This document shows positions 12,246-25,970 of a stretch of 64,000 nucleotides of DNA, piece after piece. The stretch covers positions 12,772,001 through 12,836,000 of the forward strand of contig NC_043025.1 of the NCBI RefSeq assembly GCF_006345805.1, read 5' to 3'. Position numbers and translations under genes: made by a program. Position 1 is the first letter of the stretch, and each line of letters begins with the position of its first letter. The notes under the pieces were generated by a model. It did no database searches. It was not told where the DNA came from and was given only the letters and a program-made list of their open reading frames with translations. The DNA comes from Octopus sinensis (Eukaryota).

Positions 12246-12258
12246 GTTACTAAGCAAC
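12246..12258. promoter_or_regulatory. Candidate RFX X-box
   Basis: GTTACTAAGCAAC resembles the palindromic GTTRCYnnGYAAC X-box and lies upstream of a CCDC74-like gene. Confidence 0.45.
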
Positions 12259-12599
12259 CAATATAATAATAATCATTGCCATCGCTATAAACACCGCCGC
12301 CGCTGCGACCACCACTATCACGTTTACTATCACTATCCCCCCCGTTACCACCCTCACCACTACCGCTACCACCACCACCACCACCATCATCTTTTGTCTG
12401 CGTTATAATTCCTCCTACCTCCACCACTATCGCTATTACTACTACTTCCACCTACACATCACCACCACCACTATCTCCATTTCTGCTACCACTACTACTA
12501 CTACTACTACTATTACTACTACCACCACCACCACCACCACTACTACTACTACTACTACTGCTGCTGCTGCTAACACTACCACCACCACCATCTCCATTT

Positions 12600-12631
<32 letters not shown>

Positions 12632-12982
12632 GCTGCTGCTGCTTCTAATACCAACCCCACCGCCTCCTCCATTCCCAGCTTCTATCACCATCACCACCAC
12701 TATCATCACTACCGTCTTATGTCGTGACTACCAACACCACCACCACCACCACCACCGCCGCCACCGCCACCACAACAACAACTATCTCTATTACAACTTC
12801 TACTACCACTACGACCACAGGGGGGAAAAAACAAACAAAGAACAAAAAAAACAATCCGACTTCATCGCCACCGCCGCCAAGGAATTCAGAGATTTACTAC
12901 AGACTTTCACATCGGCGGAAATGACCGGTGGGTCACCCCTTCGCATTTACAGGTCTGTACCTCTCTCGTCTCATCATCGCTT

Positions 12983-13039
<57 letters not shown>

Positions 13040-13227
13040 ATATATATATTTCTCTTTACTGCCCACACAAAGGGCTAAACATAGAGGGGGGTGGGACAAA
13101 CAAAGGGACAGACAAAGGGATTAAGTCGATTACATCGACCCGACTTTATTTATCGACCCCCGAAAGGATGACGGCAAAGTCGACCTCGCCTCTCATCCTC
13201 GCCTTCCATATATATATAAATAAATAA

Positions 13228-13269
<42 letters not shown>

Positions 13270-13296
13270 TATATATATTATATATACATACATACA

Positions 13297-13329
<33 letters not shown>

Positions 13330-13504
13330 GTACATACCTACATCTATATGCATATATGGGTACAGGACACCACAAATAAACGTGGAACACAACGAGAAAC
13401 GAAAACATAAAATCAAACAAGGAAACGGACTTTTTTTAACAACGAAAAAACAGAGTATATACATACATACATACATACATACATACACACACACAAACAT
13501 ACAT

Positions 13505-13535
<31 letters not shown>

Positions 13536-13793
13536 TATACATATATATGAAACGGAGTTATTAGTGAGGGGTTATCAATCTGGGCAAAATCCTTTATAAG
13601 CTCCCTGTTAGGGCACGAAAGATCTTCGCGTATCCTTGTTGCAGGGCCCGAAGTTACACACCATTCTGTGTAGTAAATCCATGGTCGAGTTCCCATGTAT
13701 ACTGCTTTTTACACAGAATCATATATATATATATACATACATACACATATATATATATATATACATACATACATACACATATATAATATATAT

Positions 13794-13845
<52 letters not shown>

Positions 13846-13919
13846 CATATATATATATATACATACATATATATATATATACATACATATATATATATAT
13901 ATACACACATATACATACA

Positions 13920-13996
<77 letters not shown>

Positions 13997-14558
13997 AGAC
14001 AAGATATAGATAATGGTCACTATATATATTTTTCTTTATCATAGTAAATTTCACATACGTCCGTTTCCAGTTGTCACTATAGGTTCGTTTGTTGATAGGT
14101 TTTACCCCGATCGCCCCATTGATCACTTGAGAGAAATTGATCAAAATCGAACGACCTGAAAAAATGAATGAGTCGTTTCTAGTTGTTAATAAATCTATAC
14201 ATCTATGCGTTCATCTATGAGAGATATTTTCTTATTTCACTTTGAATCTAACCCATTTTGGATTGTCTTGATAACGTTTCTGTTAGCATATACATTCAGA
14301 TTTTATACCTTATTTTTCTCTGTCTAAATATCCAGGCACAATATAGACAATCATAGGTAATGTATGGTTTGATCACCAATTTAAAATCGATTTTATTCAT
14401 TCTTCTTCTTCTTGACTTATACTCCGAATTTATTGAAATCCTAAACGGTATTTGAATTTACTTGTCAAACATGAAGAATTACCTTCGATGTTTAATCTTC
14501 TTGTATTTATAGGGATCGGATTGTTGGATATAGTTAACCAAATTCATTTAACACTGCT

Positions 14559-14597
<39 letters not shown>

Positions 14598-14618
14598 CCT
14601 ATCTACCTACCTACCTAC

Positions 14619-14680
<62 letters not shown>

Positions 14681-14718
14681 GTCTGTCTGTCTATCTACCT
14701 GTCTATCTATCTATATCT

Positions 14719-14756
<38 letters not shown>

Positions 14757-14763
<7 letters not shown>

Positions 14764-14895
14764 GGGAATGGGCAACGAAAACCAAAGCAGGACGAATATC
14801 TCAAGTCATTTATAATAATTTAATTAACTAAATTATTCTAAATGAATTGAGATACTCGCCCTGCCTTGGTTTTTATTGACCTTTTCCCTCTAATA
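14757..14895. repeat. Imperfect fold-back element between (TA)n tracts
   Basis: GAGGGAATGGGCAACGAAAACCAAAGCAGG... pairs with ...CCTGCCTTGGTTTTTATTGACCTTTTCCCTC. Confidence 0.8.
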
Positions 14896-15126
14896 TAATA
14901 CATACTCGCTAACACGGAAGCCTAATACGGATCCATAACTCCAGCCTCAGCTGTGAACCTGGAACCTAACGTGTGACCAATTATAGCCCTTACACAGCGT
15001 ACCTATTCGTTTAGATCACCAGTAAACTAAAACCCTCATATATATATATACATACATACACATACACAGGTATGTCGATGCAAACAGGTAAAATAGAATG
15101 CGAAATATGGATAGGTGTATATTTTT

Positions 15127-15265
15127 TATTGATATTTACCAGAAGTAACAGAGTGACTCAAGGCCTGTGAGTTTCGTGCGTTGGCCCTTATCAAAGTTTG
15201 ATTAGGGCCAACGCACGAAACCCTCGAACTTCCAGTCACTCTGTTACTTCTGCTAAATATCAATA
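15127..15265. repeat. Fold-back element with a degenerate hammerhead-like centre
   Basis: TATTGATATTTACCAGAAGTAACAGAGTGACT / AGTCACTCTGTTACTTCTGCTAAATATCAATA. Centre reads TTGATTA-GGGCCAACGCAC-GAAAC. Confidence 0.8.
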
Positions 15266-16019
15266 ATATATATAGATATATATATTTGTGATGATCAGGC
15301 TTCTAGATACAACGATACAAGGAAAATGGTTGTCTTGAAGAGAGAGAGAGAAAAGAAGGTTCTTTACTGGCTAAAAGCGGCCCTTTAACGCCCTTCCTTG
15401 CAGATTGTTTGTGTGTGTATGTACGCGTGTGTGTCTCTGTGTGTGTGTGAAAGAGAGAGAGAGAGAGTGCGGGGTGTCCCTTGTACCTAGAATGGGACTT
15501 TTATTATTTCATTCTTAATCGACATCGACGAGATTTGAACTCGGAACGCGAAGAGCCGGAACAAATTTCGCAAGACATTTTTGTACAACGCTCTAACGAT
15601 CCAGTCAATGGAGCGCTCTGTATGTGTGTGTGTGTGTGTGCATAATGTATGTATATATAATGCGCATATATATATATATATATGTGTGTGTGTATTTATA
15701 TATATGTAATCTATATCTACGTGTGTGTATAATATATATATTATATATACTCTTTTACTTGCTTCAGTCATTTGACTGTGGCCATGCTGGAGCACCGCCT
15801 TTAGTCGAGCAAATCAACCCCGGGACTTATTCTTTGTAAGCCTAGTACTTATTCTATCGGTTTCTTTTGCCGAACCGCTAGGTTACGGGAACGTAAACAC
15901 ACCAGCATCGGTTGTCAAGCAATGATGGGGGTCAAACACGAGTTGTGTGTATGGCGAGCTTCCTTCAAACTGTGCAACTTTTGCCAGCATGGAAGACAGA
16001 CGTTAACAGTGATGATGAT

Positions 16020-16630
16020 GATATATATATATATATGTGTTGTGTGTGTGCGTGTGTATATATATATATATATATATAATATATGCATGTACATGTATAT
16101 GCACACATATGCATGTATGTATGTGTGTGTATGCATGTATGTATATGCATGTATGTATGTGTGCATGCATGTATGTATGTGTGTGTATGCATGTATGTAT
16201 ATACATGTATGTATGTGTGCATGCATGTATGTATATATATGTGTGTGTGTGTGTATGCATGTATGTATATATATGTGTGTGTGTGTGTATGCATGTATGT
16301 ATATATATGTGTGTGTGTGTGTATGCATGTATGTATATACATGTATGTATGTGTGTGTATGCATGTATGTATATATATGTGTGTGTGTGTGTATGCATGT
16401 ATGTATATATATGTGTGTGTGTGTGTGTATGCATGTATGTATATACATGTATGTATGTGTGTGTATGCATGTATGTATATACATGTATGTATGTGTGTGT
16501 ATGCATGTATGTATATATGTGTGTGTGTGTGTATGCATGTATGTATATACATGTATGTATGTGTGTGTATGCATGTATGTAGGTGTGTATGTATGCATGT
16601 ATGTATGTATGCACACATATGTATGTATGT
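16020..16630. repeat. Compound TA/TG/TATG microsatellite
   Basis: Direct reading. The overlapping ORFs are repeat translations. Confidence 0.95.
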
Positions 16631-18202
16631 TCTCTTCTGTTTTTGATTATTTAAATTCTTCCACTGATGAAGAAGCTGGTTTCTATCAAAGATACAAAGC
16701 TCCATTATTGGAATGGAGATAAGGAAAACAATGTCACTCTTTTACTTGTTCCAGTCATATGACTGTGGCCATGCGGGAGCACTGCCTTTAGTCGACCAAA
16801 TCAACCCTAGGACTTATTCTTTGTAAGCCTAGTACTTATTCTATTGGCCCTCTTTTGCCGAACCGCTAAGTTACGGGGACGTAAACACACCAGCATCGGT
16901 TGTCAAGTCTGTGTTGTGTTGTCTATGTTTTGAAAGACATACAGAGACACACAAGTACACATGCAGAAATACACACACTCGCACAAACAACCAACAAATA
17001 ACTCTATATTGTTATAAAGTGAAAGTTTTTCTTTTTTTAGTCTGTGTTGTGTTGTGTTGATAGACTTGCACTTAAAATTCCCATGGTTTTGTTAGTTATT
17101 ATGGTGGCAACACTACTTATCTATCTATCTTTCACACACTCTCTATCACTTTCAACAACTTTTCTCCTACACGTCTTCCCTCCTTCTAAATATATGTTGT
17201 AACAGGGTTATCACCCCTTTTCCTCCCCTTCACGTATATCTTTTGACAGACACACAGACAGAGATAGGCTTCTCTTTTATGATATAAGACTGATTTCAGG
17301 AAAAAAAAAAATCCTTGTTGACCACCAAACTAAATGATAGAAACTGCCAAGATGGAAGTATGGTCTTATACTCCTGTATTTATATATTTCTTGTAGGTTC
17401 TCTACAAGTCATACTGGACCCTTGATGCTGATAGTGGTTTCCAATTTAGACGCAAGACCAACATTTTTGAAGGTAAGCGCTTTAAACAATTTCATCAACC
17501 CCAGAAACTGAAAAGCATTATTGGTACCTTCTTACCTGTTCCTAGTTCATCATTTTGCTGTTACCTCCACCTGCAGCGGAACATGCACCAGCATGTCTAT
17601 GTAATCGAACATACCTTGTGTTAGTTGCATCGACCATACGCTTCTGGGCTGGCTTACAACTCGCATTCTGTCGGTTACGACAACGAGGGTCCCAGTTGAT
17701 CCGATCAATGGAACAGCCTGCTCATGAAATTTAAGTGCAAGTGGCTGAGCATTCCACAGACACGTGGACCCTTAACTTAGTTCTCAGGGAGATTCAAGGT
17801 GACATAGAATGTGACAAGACTAGCCCTTCGAAATACAGGTATAATAGTATATATATATCATCATCATCATCGTTTAACGTTCGTTTTCCGTGCTAGCACG
17901 GGTTGGACGGTTCGACCGGGGTCTGGGAAGCCAGGGGCTGCACCAGGCTCGTCTGATCTGGCAGTGTTTCTACAGCTGGATGCCCTTCCTAACGCCAACC
18001 ACTCCATGAGTGTAGTGGGTGCTTTTTACGTGCCACTGGCACAAGTGCCAGGGGAGTCTGGCATCGGCCACGATCGGTTGGTGCTTTTAACGTGCCACCA
18101 GCATGGAAGCCAGTCAAGGCGGCGCTATATATATATGCAATTCACATACAAATAATATATATATCTATATCTATATATATATATATAAAACTTATTAATA
18201 TT

Positions 18203-18321
18203 GAAGGCATTACTATTTATAAATGCCACATGATAGGAGGGACTCTTAAAGTCAAAACTACCAAATGGTAGTTTTAACTTTAAGAGTCCCTCCAAGCATG
18301 TGGCATTTATGTAATGCCCTC
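18203..18321. repeat. Fold-back element next to (TA)n
   Basis: GGAGGGACTCTTAAAGTCAAAACTACCA-AA-TGGTAGTTTTAACTTTAAGAGTCCCTCC, with outer arms ATAAATGCCACATG / CATGTGGCATTTAT. Confidence 0.85.
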
Positions 18322-18430
18322 TGTATAAAATATATATTTAAGAGAAAAATTTTTGGATTTTTCCCTTATGAGGTTTTTTCATGCTAACTACTTGATAAAT
18401 TCTTATAAAGATTTTATCCTATTTTTCAAA

Positions 18431-18675
18431 CTTAGATAAACTTAGATAAACTTAGATAGAGTGGTCCAGGCCATGTCTAACTTAATAGCACCACCTGATA
18501 GGATTATCTAAATCCATTTTAAGTCAAGTTTTGTGGTATCATGGTCCATTCAAGTAAGGAGTTCTTGTTGAGTGAGTTGTATCCAGGTATGGGTGGCTTA
18601 TCTGGTATTCCTTGAAGAAATTTGTTCAGACTCCGTTTAAAGGTGATGGGATCCTTTTCCTCTTTGATCAGTTTT
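18431..18675 (-). mobile_element. Non-LTR retrotransposon 3' fragment
   Basis: Minus strand reads KEEKDPITFKRSLNKFLQGIPDKPPIPGYNSLNKNSLLEW, like a LINE ORF2 C-terminus, followed by a (TTTATCTAAG)n tail. Confidence 0.6.
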
Positions 18676-19827
18676 GTAAAGGTAAAGAAATTGTGTAACA
18701 GTGTACCTATATGTTGACCAAAATTGAGAGTATGATAGAAGAAGGCTTGCTCTTCCTTTCATAGAAGAAAATATTCAAATCAGACCATGTTAACACCAAA
18801 AATTATTTACATCAAAAAGGTGTCTTTTTTTTCTATGAAAATCCCTATTTTTTACGATTTTTTTACTGCTCTGTCGCCATTTTTCGGTGTATTTCAATCA
18901 GAAAAATGTTCGCTTAAAGAGAATAACAAGCTACAGAATGCAAAATTTTTACTTTTCCAAAAATTCCAATTCTAAAGGGTCGAAATACACCCGAGCAACG
19001 CCAGGCAATACTGCTAATAATAATAATGATAATTAAAATAGTTGTTTGTAATTTTGGCACAAGAGCATTAATTTTGAGGGGAGGGGGATGTTGATTAAAT
19101 CAGCCCCAGTATTTCACTGGTACTTTGTTTATTGATGAAAATATTGTTGTTGTTGTTGTTTGATACAGGAGACTGATGTGATGTGAGTGGTGCGAGCGGC
19201 GACTACCAACACGACAACTACAGCCCATACTAACACGACTATCACCGCTAACGGCATTACCGATACCCTTAAGGACACCACCACCACCACCACCATCACC
19301 ACCACCCCCAACAATCACCACTTCTACCACTACAACCATCATCACTACTACCACCACAATTATCAGTACCATCACTACTACCACCAACACCACCACAACT
19401 ACTATCACTGTTGCAATCACCACTGGCGCTATAACCAATACTAACACCAGCACTGGCAACCTTGCAACTACAGCTATTAACAGCAACAACAATAACAACA
19501 ACAGCACAACCACTGCCGACACTGGCTGCACTACAACCAAGACAGCCACCACCATCAACAGCAGCAGTACCACAACCACGAACACAGCAACAACCATACC
19601 ACTGTTACCACTACAACCTCTACTGCAACAGTAACAACAACAGCAACACCACAGCTACGAACACGGGCACCACTAACACCCATACCTACACCGCCACCGC
19701 CGCCACCACAACAACAATAGCAACACCATCACCATCACGACAACGACCGATACCACCAGCAACTCTAGGGCTACCACCGCCACTACCAACAGGAAGAACG
19801 CCACCACCACCGGCACTAGAAGCCAGG

Positions 19828-19940
19828 ATGCTACATAAGAATGTTGTGGAAGAGAACGACAGCGGAATGGTTGACCATCATCTCCCTTCACGAACTAAGT
19901 TACCACACTGGACACGGTTAAACACTTTGGACACGACCAG
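19828..19940 (+). CDS. CCDC74: CCDC74-like, coding exon 1
   Basis: ATG at 19828, MLHKNVVEE...KLPHWTRLNTLDTT, donor AG|GTAAGT. Phase 2 fits exon 2. The start codon is tentative. Confidence 0.7.
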
Positions 19941-19959
19941 GTAAGTGGACACGAAAACA

Positions 19960-20780
19960 GCACTGCATCCTTCAAAACTTCCATGCTTCCTGATATTCGC
20001 CAACACTACACCTGATCTTCTCCCCTCCATACACACGCTGAAGCATGGAACAAACTGCCGGCATCAGTTGTAGTTGTCGGAGCACTGCATCCTTCAAAAC
20101 TTCCATGCTTCCTGAGATTCGCCAACACTACACTTGATTTTCTCCCCCCATACACAACGCTGAAGCATGGAACAAATGCCGGCATCAGTTGTTAGTTGTC
20201 GGGCACTGCATCCTTCAAAACTTCCATGCTTCCTGATATTCGCCAACACTACACCTGATCTTCTCCCCTCCATACACACGCTGAAGCATGGAACAAACTG
20301 CCGGCATCAGTTGTTAGTTGTCGGGCACTGCATCCTCAAAACTTCCATGCTTCCTGATATTCGCCAACACTACACCTGATCTTCTCCCCTCCATACACAC
20401 GCTGAAGCATGGAACAAATGCCGGCATCAGTGTTAGTTGTCGGAGCACTGCATCCTTCAAAACTTCCATGCTTCCTGAGATTCGCCAACACTACACCTGA
20501 TCTTCTCCCCTCCATACACACGCTGAAGCATGGAACAAACTGCCGGCATCAGTTGTTAGTTGTCGGAGCACTGCATCCTTCAAAACTTCCATGCTTCCTT
20601 AGATTCGCCAACACTACACCTGATCTTCTCCTCCCCTCCATACACACACAAGCATGTATCTGACTCATGCATTGTTCACTTCCCAGACATTTCTACATCA
20701 CTGCATATGCTTTATACACACTTTTGACAAGTTGTGGGGCACCTGAGCACTGTATACAATAATTTCATTATTATTATTAT
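19960..20780 (+). mobile_element. CR1-like LINE 3' end with a 122-bp segment amplified about 5.5x
   Basis: Repeats of GCTGAAGCATGGAACAAACTGCCGGCATCAG (AEAWNKLPAS), then 3' UTR and an (ATT)n tail. Confidence 0.85.
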
Positions 20781-20783
20781 AGT

Positions 20784-21095
20784 CATCATCATCATCATCA
20801 TCGTTTAGCGTCCGCTTTCCATGCTAGCATGGGTTGGACGGTTCGACTGGGGTCTGGGAAGCCAGAAGGCTGCACCAGACTCCAATCTGATCTGGCAGAG
20901 TTTCTACGGCTGGATGCCCTTCCTAACGCCAACCACTCCGTGAGTGTAGTGGGTGCTTTTTACATGCCACCGGCACAGGTGCCAGGGGAGGCTGGCAAAC
21001 GGCCACGATCGGATGGTGCTTTTTATGTGCCAGGGGAGGCTGGCAAACGGCCGCGATCGGATGGTGCTTTTTACGTGCCACCAGCACAGGTGCCA
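20784..21095 (-). mobile_element. Retroposon 3' end with a (GAT)n tail (RTE-related family)
   Basis: (CAT)n-CGTTTAGCGTCCGCTTTCCATGCTAGCATGGGTTGGACGG. Homologous copies at 17857-18125 and 47735-48078. Confidence 0.65.
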
Positions 21096-21747
21096 GACGA
21101 ATCTGTCGATGATAATGATGGTGGGTGTTCCAGTTGATCTAATCAACAGAACAGCCTACTCATAAAGTTAATATGCAAGTGGCCGAGTACTCCTCACACA
21201 TGCTTACTCTTAATGTAGTTCTCAGGGAGATTCAGCACAACACAGAATGGGACAAGGGCTGGATCTTTTGAATTACAGCTACAACTCAAATTTTGTTAGG
21301 CTGAGAAGAGTGGACCAACATGAAAAGGTGTCTTGCCAGTGAGAATTGAACTCACGGCCTTGTGATTGCGAGGTGAACGCACTAACCACTAAGCCATGTA
21401 TCTTTACAAAAAACTGACACTCTGTCGGTTGCAATAACAAATTTTCCAGTTGATCCGATCAACAGAACAGCCTCTTGTGAAATTAATGTGCAAGTGGCTG
21501 AATACTCCACAGACATGCATACTCTTAGTATAGTTCCCAGGGAGATTCAGCGTGACACAGAATGGGACAAGGTTGGCCCTTTGACGTATAGTCGCAATCT
21601 CTATATATATAAACGGCAAAATGTCTGTCTGTGTGTGTGTCCTTTATACAAATCCACAATTTTTCAGTTAGAGGGCTCGTACTTTCTATGGTCATTCAAA
21701 ACCGTCCAAGGGTGGTCGTGCACATCTTTACATTTTCCAGTCTCCCC

Positions 21748-22030
21748 GCAAAGCTTCACCTGTCATGAGGCCCACAGCTGCAAAGCTTCTCCTGTCTTGA
21801 GGCCCACAGCTGCAAAGCTTCTCCTGTCTTGAGGCCCTCAGCTGCAAAGCTTCTCCTGTCATGAGGCCCACAGCTGCAAAGCTTCTCCTGTCGTGAGGCC
21901 CACAGCTGCAAAGCTTCTCCTGTCGTGAGGCCCACAGCTGCAAAGCTTCTCCTGTCGTGAGGCCCACAGCTGCAAAGCTTCTCCTGTCATGAGGCCCACA
22001 GCTGCAAAGCTTCTCCTATCGTTAGGCTCA
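21748..22030. repeat. 32-bp minisatellite (GAGGCCCACAGCTGCAAAGCTTCTCCTGTCNT), about 8.5 copies, abutting a Helitron 5' fragment (21598-21750)
   Basis: Period 32 (unit starts at 21767 and 21799). Confidence 0.92.
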
Positions 22031-22252
22031 CATCATGGAAAACAGACACTAAATAATGATGATGATGATAATGTACTGGAGTTGGTTTGCTCAATTAATA
22101 CCCTTCAAGGAAGTGCTCCAGTATGGCCACTGTTCAGTGACTGAAACAAGTAAAAGGTGAAAGATGGAATACACCTGCATAACGATAATTGAAAAATTAG
22201 AAATAAACTCTTGAAAAAGATTCTCTGATATTTTCTTTCACCGTCCGCCCAG

Positions 22253-22530
22253 GTACCCACGATACTTTGAGAAAGACAAACAGGCGTACCCAAACGAACA
22301 GGTTGCGTCCAGACGAAAATCAACGCCAATCAGCGAGGATGAAAAGCCCGGCAATAATAAAGAAGATGAAGTTCATGGGAAGAGAAAAGGGGCCGCTGGT
22401 TCGCAAGACGAGGACTCGAACCGACGGCTGCAGTATCTGGAGAGAAGCATGGAGATGTTAAAGAAACAACACTGTGAAATTTTACAAAGTCTGCACCAGG
22501 AAATCGATGATTTGAAACGACAGAACAAAG
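22253..22530 (+). CDS. CCDC74: CCDC74-like, exon 2 (CCDC92/74 N-terminal coiled coil)
   Basis: CCCAG|G acceptor and AAG|GTAGGG donor. Encodes RLQYLERSMEMLKKQHCEILQSLHQEIDDLKRQNK, matching the CCDC74/92 motif [31 protein letters not shown] as I recall it. Not present in the ORF track. Confidence 0.88.
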
Positions 22531-23102
22531 GTAGGGCTTTCTTTCTTTCTTTGTTTTTTTTTTAAATCACTTGAAAAGGAAAGTGAAAGTAGAGAGGCAA
22601 GTTTTGTCTAGCGAATGTTTCAAAAAAAAAAGATGGGCGAATGTAGCAAGGATGGCACGTATGAATGACGAAGCCACCCTGACTATGATTCTTGCAAACA
22701 AATGTGGTAACATATAACAATATTGACCAAGGTTACCGGGGTCTTTTTCGTAGGCTTTTCTTCCCACGGATAAACCTTACTTGCTTTCCCCTTTACACCA
22801 TACATCATGACACTGTGATACACGATCCCTATTGATCGTTTTTTTCTCTCCCTCCCCCTTTTTTCCTCTTTTTTCTTCTTTTTTCATTTTTCTTTTCTTT
22901 TCTCCCTTTTTTCTTTTTTTTTCTTTTTTTCTTTTCCTTTTTTTTGTTCTTTTTTTCCCTTTTGCGATCCCTTTTGATCGAAAACCTATGCTACCTTTTT
23001 TTTTTTCCTCCCCCAAAAGAAAAGCTCTACCTTGTAACTTGTCCCATCTGTGTGCAGCCCTGTGTGGCCAATAAAGAAACTTATCTATCTATCTATCTAT
23101 CG

Positions 23103-23134
<32 letters not shown>

Positions 23135-23360
23135 GTCTGTATGTCTATCTATCTACCTACCTACCTCTCTATCTGTCTATCTATCTGTCTATCTATTTAT
23201 CTGTCTGTTTGTCTGTCTGTCTGCCTGCCTGCCTGCCTGCCTGCCTGCCTACCTACCTACCTATCTATCTACCTACCTACCTACCTATATCTACCTACCT
23301 TTATCTACCTACCTATATCTACCTACCTATCTACCTGTCTTTCTGTGTCTCATTCTCCAG

Positions 23361-23738
23361 ATCTGAATTTCAAGATTATCATGTCACAAAGAGACTCAAA
23401 GTCTTCGCTTGCCTCCGACGTCATGGTCACCGACAGTGACGGTGGCAAAGATGGCAAAACAGTTCCGACGGAAGAACAGAGAAGAGGAACGGAAGAAAGA
23501 ACGGGCGGTGACGACAAACACGGTGACGATAATGTTGATGATGATGATGATGATGATGATGAGTATGATGGCCAGAGAAGACTAAATGTGCCGAGTGCGG
23601 ATCAGCGAGAGGGTCAGGACGTCGAGGGTGGGACCGTGGGCAAACGCAGCGACCTCAGTGACCTGAGTCGTCTTGGCGACCTGAGTCGAGAAGGCGGGGT
23701 TCAGAAGACACAGAACAGGGAGCTGAAACTGGATAAAG
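23361..23738 (+). CDS. CCDC74: CCDC74-like, exon 3
   Basis: CTCCAG| acceptor. Continues DLNFKIIM (compare DLHYKLIM), then an acidic linker. Donor G|GTAAAG, phase 1-1. Confidence 0.85.
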
Positions 23739-23770
23739 GTAAAGGAAACATATATATATATATACATATA

Positions 23771-24369
23771 CTAGCAGTATCGCCCGGCGTTGCTCGGGTT
23801 TGTAAGGAAAATAACTATATAAGCATTTTTAGAGAGTTATAGCCAAAAAGTAGCAAAAAAATGCATTAAAAGTGGAAAAAAATGATGGTAAATTTTTTTT
23901 TAAATCGTTCACTCATCGTAGACATTTTTAGAGAGTTACTTCCCTTATATAATAGCGAAAAAATGCATTAAAATGGAAAAAATGATGGTAATTTTTTTTT
24001 AAATCATAGACTCATCGTAGACATTTTTAGAAAGTTACTTCCCTTATATAATAGCGAAAAAGATGCATTAAAAATGGGAAAAAATGATGGTAATTTTTTT
24101 TTAAATCATAGACTCATCGTAGACATTTTTAGAAAGTTACTTCCCTTATATAATAGCGAAAAAGATGCATTAAAAATGGGAAAAAATGATGGTAAATTAA
24201 TTTTAAAATCGTAGACTCATCGTAGACGTGCGCTAAACCCAGAAGGGCTCGATATGAATCACGACTATAAGCTACCCGAATTTGGTTAAACTGCACCGCA
24301 AAATGTGGGAGTAGTTAGGAGTCTAAATCGTAGGAGACAGACACACAACTTCACTTTTATATATAAAGA
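23771..24369 (-). mobile_element. Non-autonomous Helitron
   Basis: On the minus strand: 5' TCTTTATATATAAAAG ... hairpin CCCGAGCAACGCCGGG ... CTAG 3', between A and T. Internal repeats of about 80 bp. Confidence 0.82.
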
Positions 24370-25970
24370 TATACATATATATATATCAGTGTATTTATTG
24401 GTTTGCTATTTTGTTGTGAAGGAGGGAGGGAGGGAGAGAGATAAAGGGAGGAGAAGGAGTGATAGAGAAGGGAGGAGGAGGAGAGAGAAGGGAGAGGGAG
24501 GAAGAGAGAGAAGGGAGAAGGAGGAGGAGAGAGAAGGGAGAAGGAGGAGGAAGGGGAGAGAGAAGGGAGAAGGAGGAAGAGGGGGAGAGAGAAGGGAGAA
24601 GGAGGAAGAGAAAGAAGGGAGAAGGAGGAGGAGGAGGAGAGTGAGGGAGAAGGAGGAGGAGAGAGAAGGGAGTAGGAGGAGTAGAGTGAGGGAGAAAGGT
24701 AAAAAATATATCAGTGTATTTATTGGGTTTGCTATTTCGTTGTGAAGAAGAGAGAGGGGGAGGAGGGAGAAGAAGGGGGAGGAGAGAAAGTGGATGAGAG
24801 AGTGGGAAGGAGGGGAGAGAGAGTAGGAAGAATGGGGAGGAGATGGAGAGAGGGGTAAGAAGGAGGAGGAGAAAGGGGGAGGAGAGAGAGGAGGAGGAGG
24901 AAGAAAGAGGAGGAGGACAGAGAGTTACAAGAATTGAGAAAACTAGACTGAAATAAGCAGAGATAGATTTGTGTGTGTGTGTGTGTGTGTGTGCATGTCC
25001 TTTATACAAATCCACAATTTTTCAGTTAGAGGGCTCACACTTTCTGTAGTCATTCAAAACCATCCAAGGGTGGTTGTGAAGATCTTTTCATTTCCCAGTT
25101 ACCCCTGAAAGCCATTTAAAAAGACATCGATAAACCGACCCCTTATGTTTCAGGTAACAAACGTCTTTAATACAAGGGACGTAACTCACTTAATCCAGGA
25201 GTTTAATCTAAAGATATTAAACCATAGCAAGGGAAATAACTCTTTAAAACTCTGCATTTCCCTCCCTTTGTTATGTATCACACCTCAATACTGTGCCAGA
25301 CCATTTTATCCAATTTAGGACGGGAACTGTCCCAGATTTCTGGATTTTCCAGTTTCTCAGAGAATTTCTAAACGTTTGCTTAAAATCTCTATATATATAA
25401 ATGGCAAAATGTCTGTTTTTTGATTGGACGGAGATAATTTTACACCTGACAGTTGGATGCGCATGTGCATTTGCAGACAGTCTGTACAACTCTGTGCATT
25501 TTTGTGTTTTGGCTTTCAAACATGCAAGCTTTCTTGATTTACTCTCTTTACTCTTTTTTTACTCTCTTTACTCTTTTTTTACTCTTTTTACTTGTTTAAG
25601 TCATTTGACTGCGGCCAGGCTGGAGCACCGCCATTTAGTCGAGCAACTCGACCCCGGGACTTATTCTTTTTGTAAGCCCAGTACTTATTCTATCGGTCTC
25701 TTTTTGCCGAACCGCTAAGTGACGGGGACGTAAACACACCAGCATCGGTTGTCAAACAATGCTAGGGGGACAATAAAGCCAAGAGAAAAAAATGTTTTAT
25801 TTTGACACATTCTATCAGAATACGAAGTTTAAAAGTGTTTAGTTACGTGGAAATTATTTTTAAAAACTGCCGGTCAAACGGAAAAGACCCATTTATAGAT
25901 CCACTTCTGACCATTTCAAGTGATGCTCCGCTGACCTGTGCGCTGGTGTGTTTGTGTGTTTCAATTTCAG

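Noticed and set aside
13570-13720. Hammerhead-like GAAAGATCTTC with a nearby hairpin
   Set aside because: No CUGANGA and no stem I pairing.
16660-16715. CTGATGA followed by a hairpin
   Set aside because: No GAAA after stem II.
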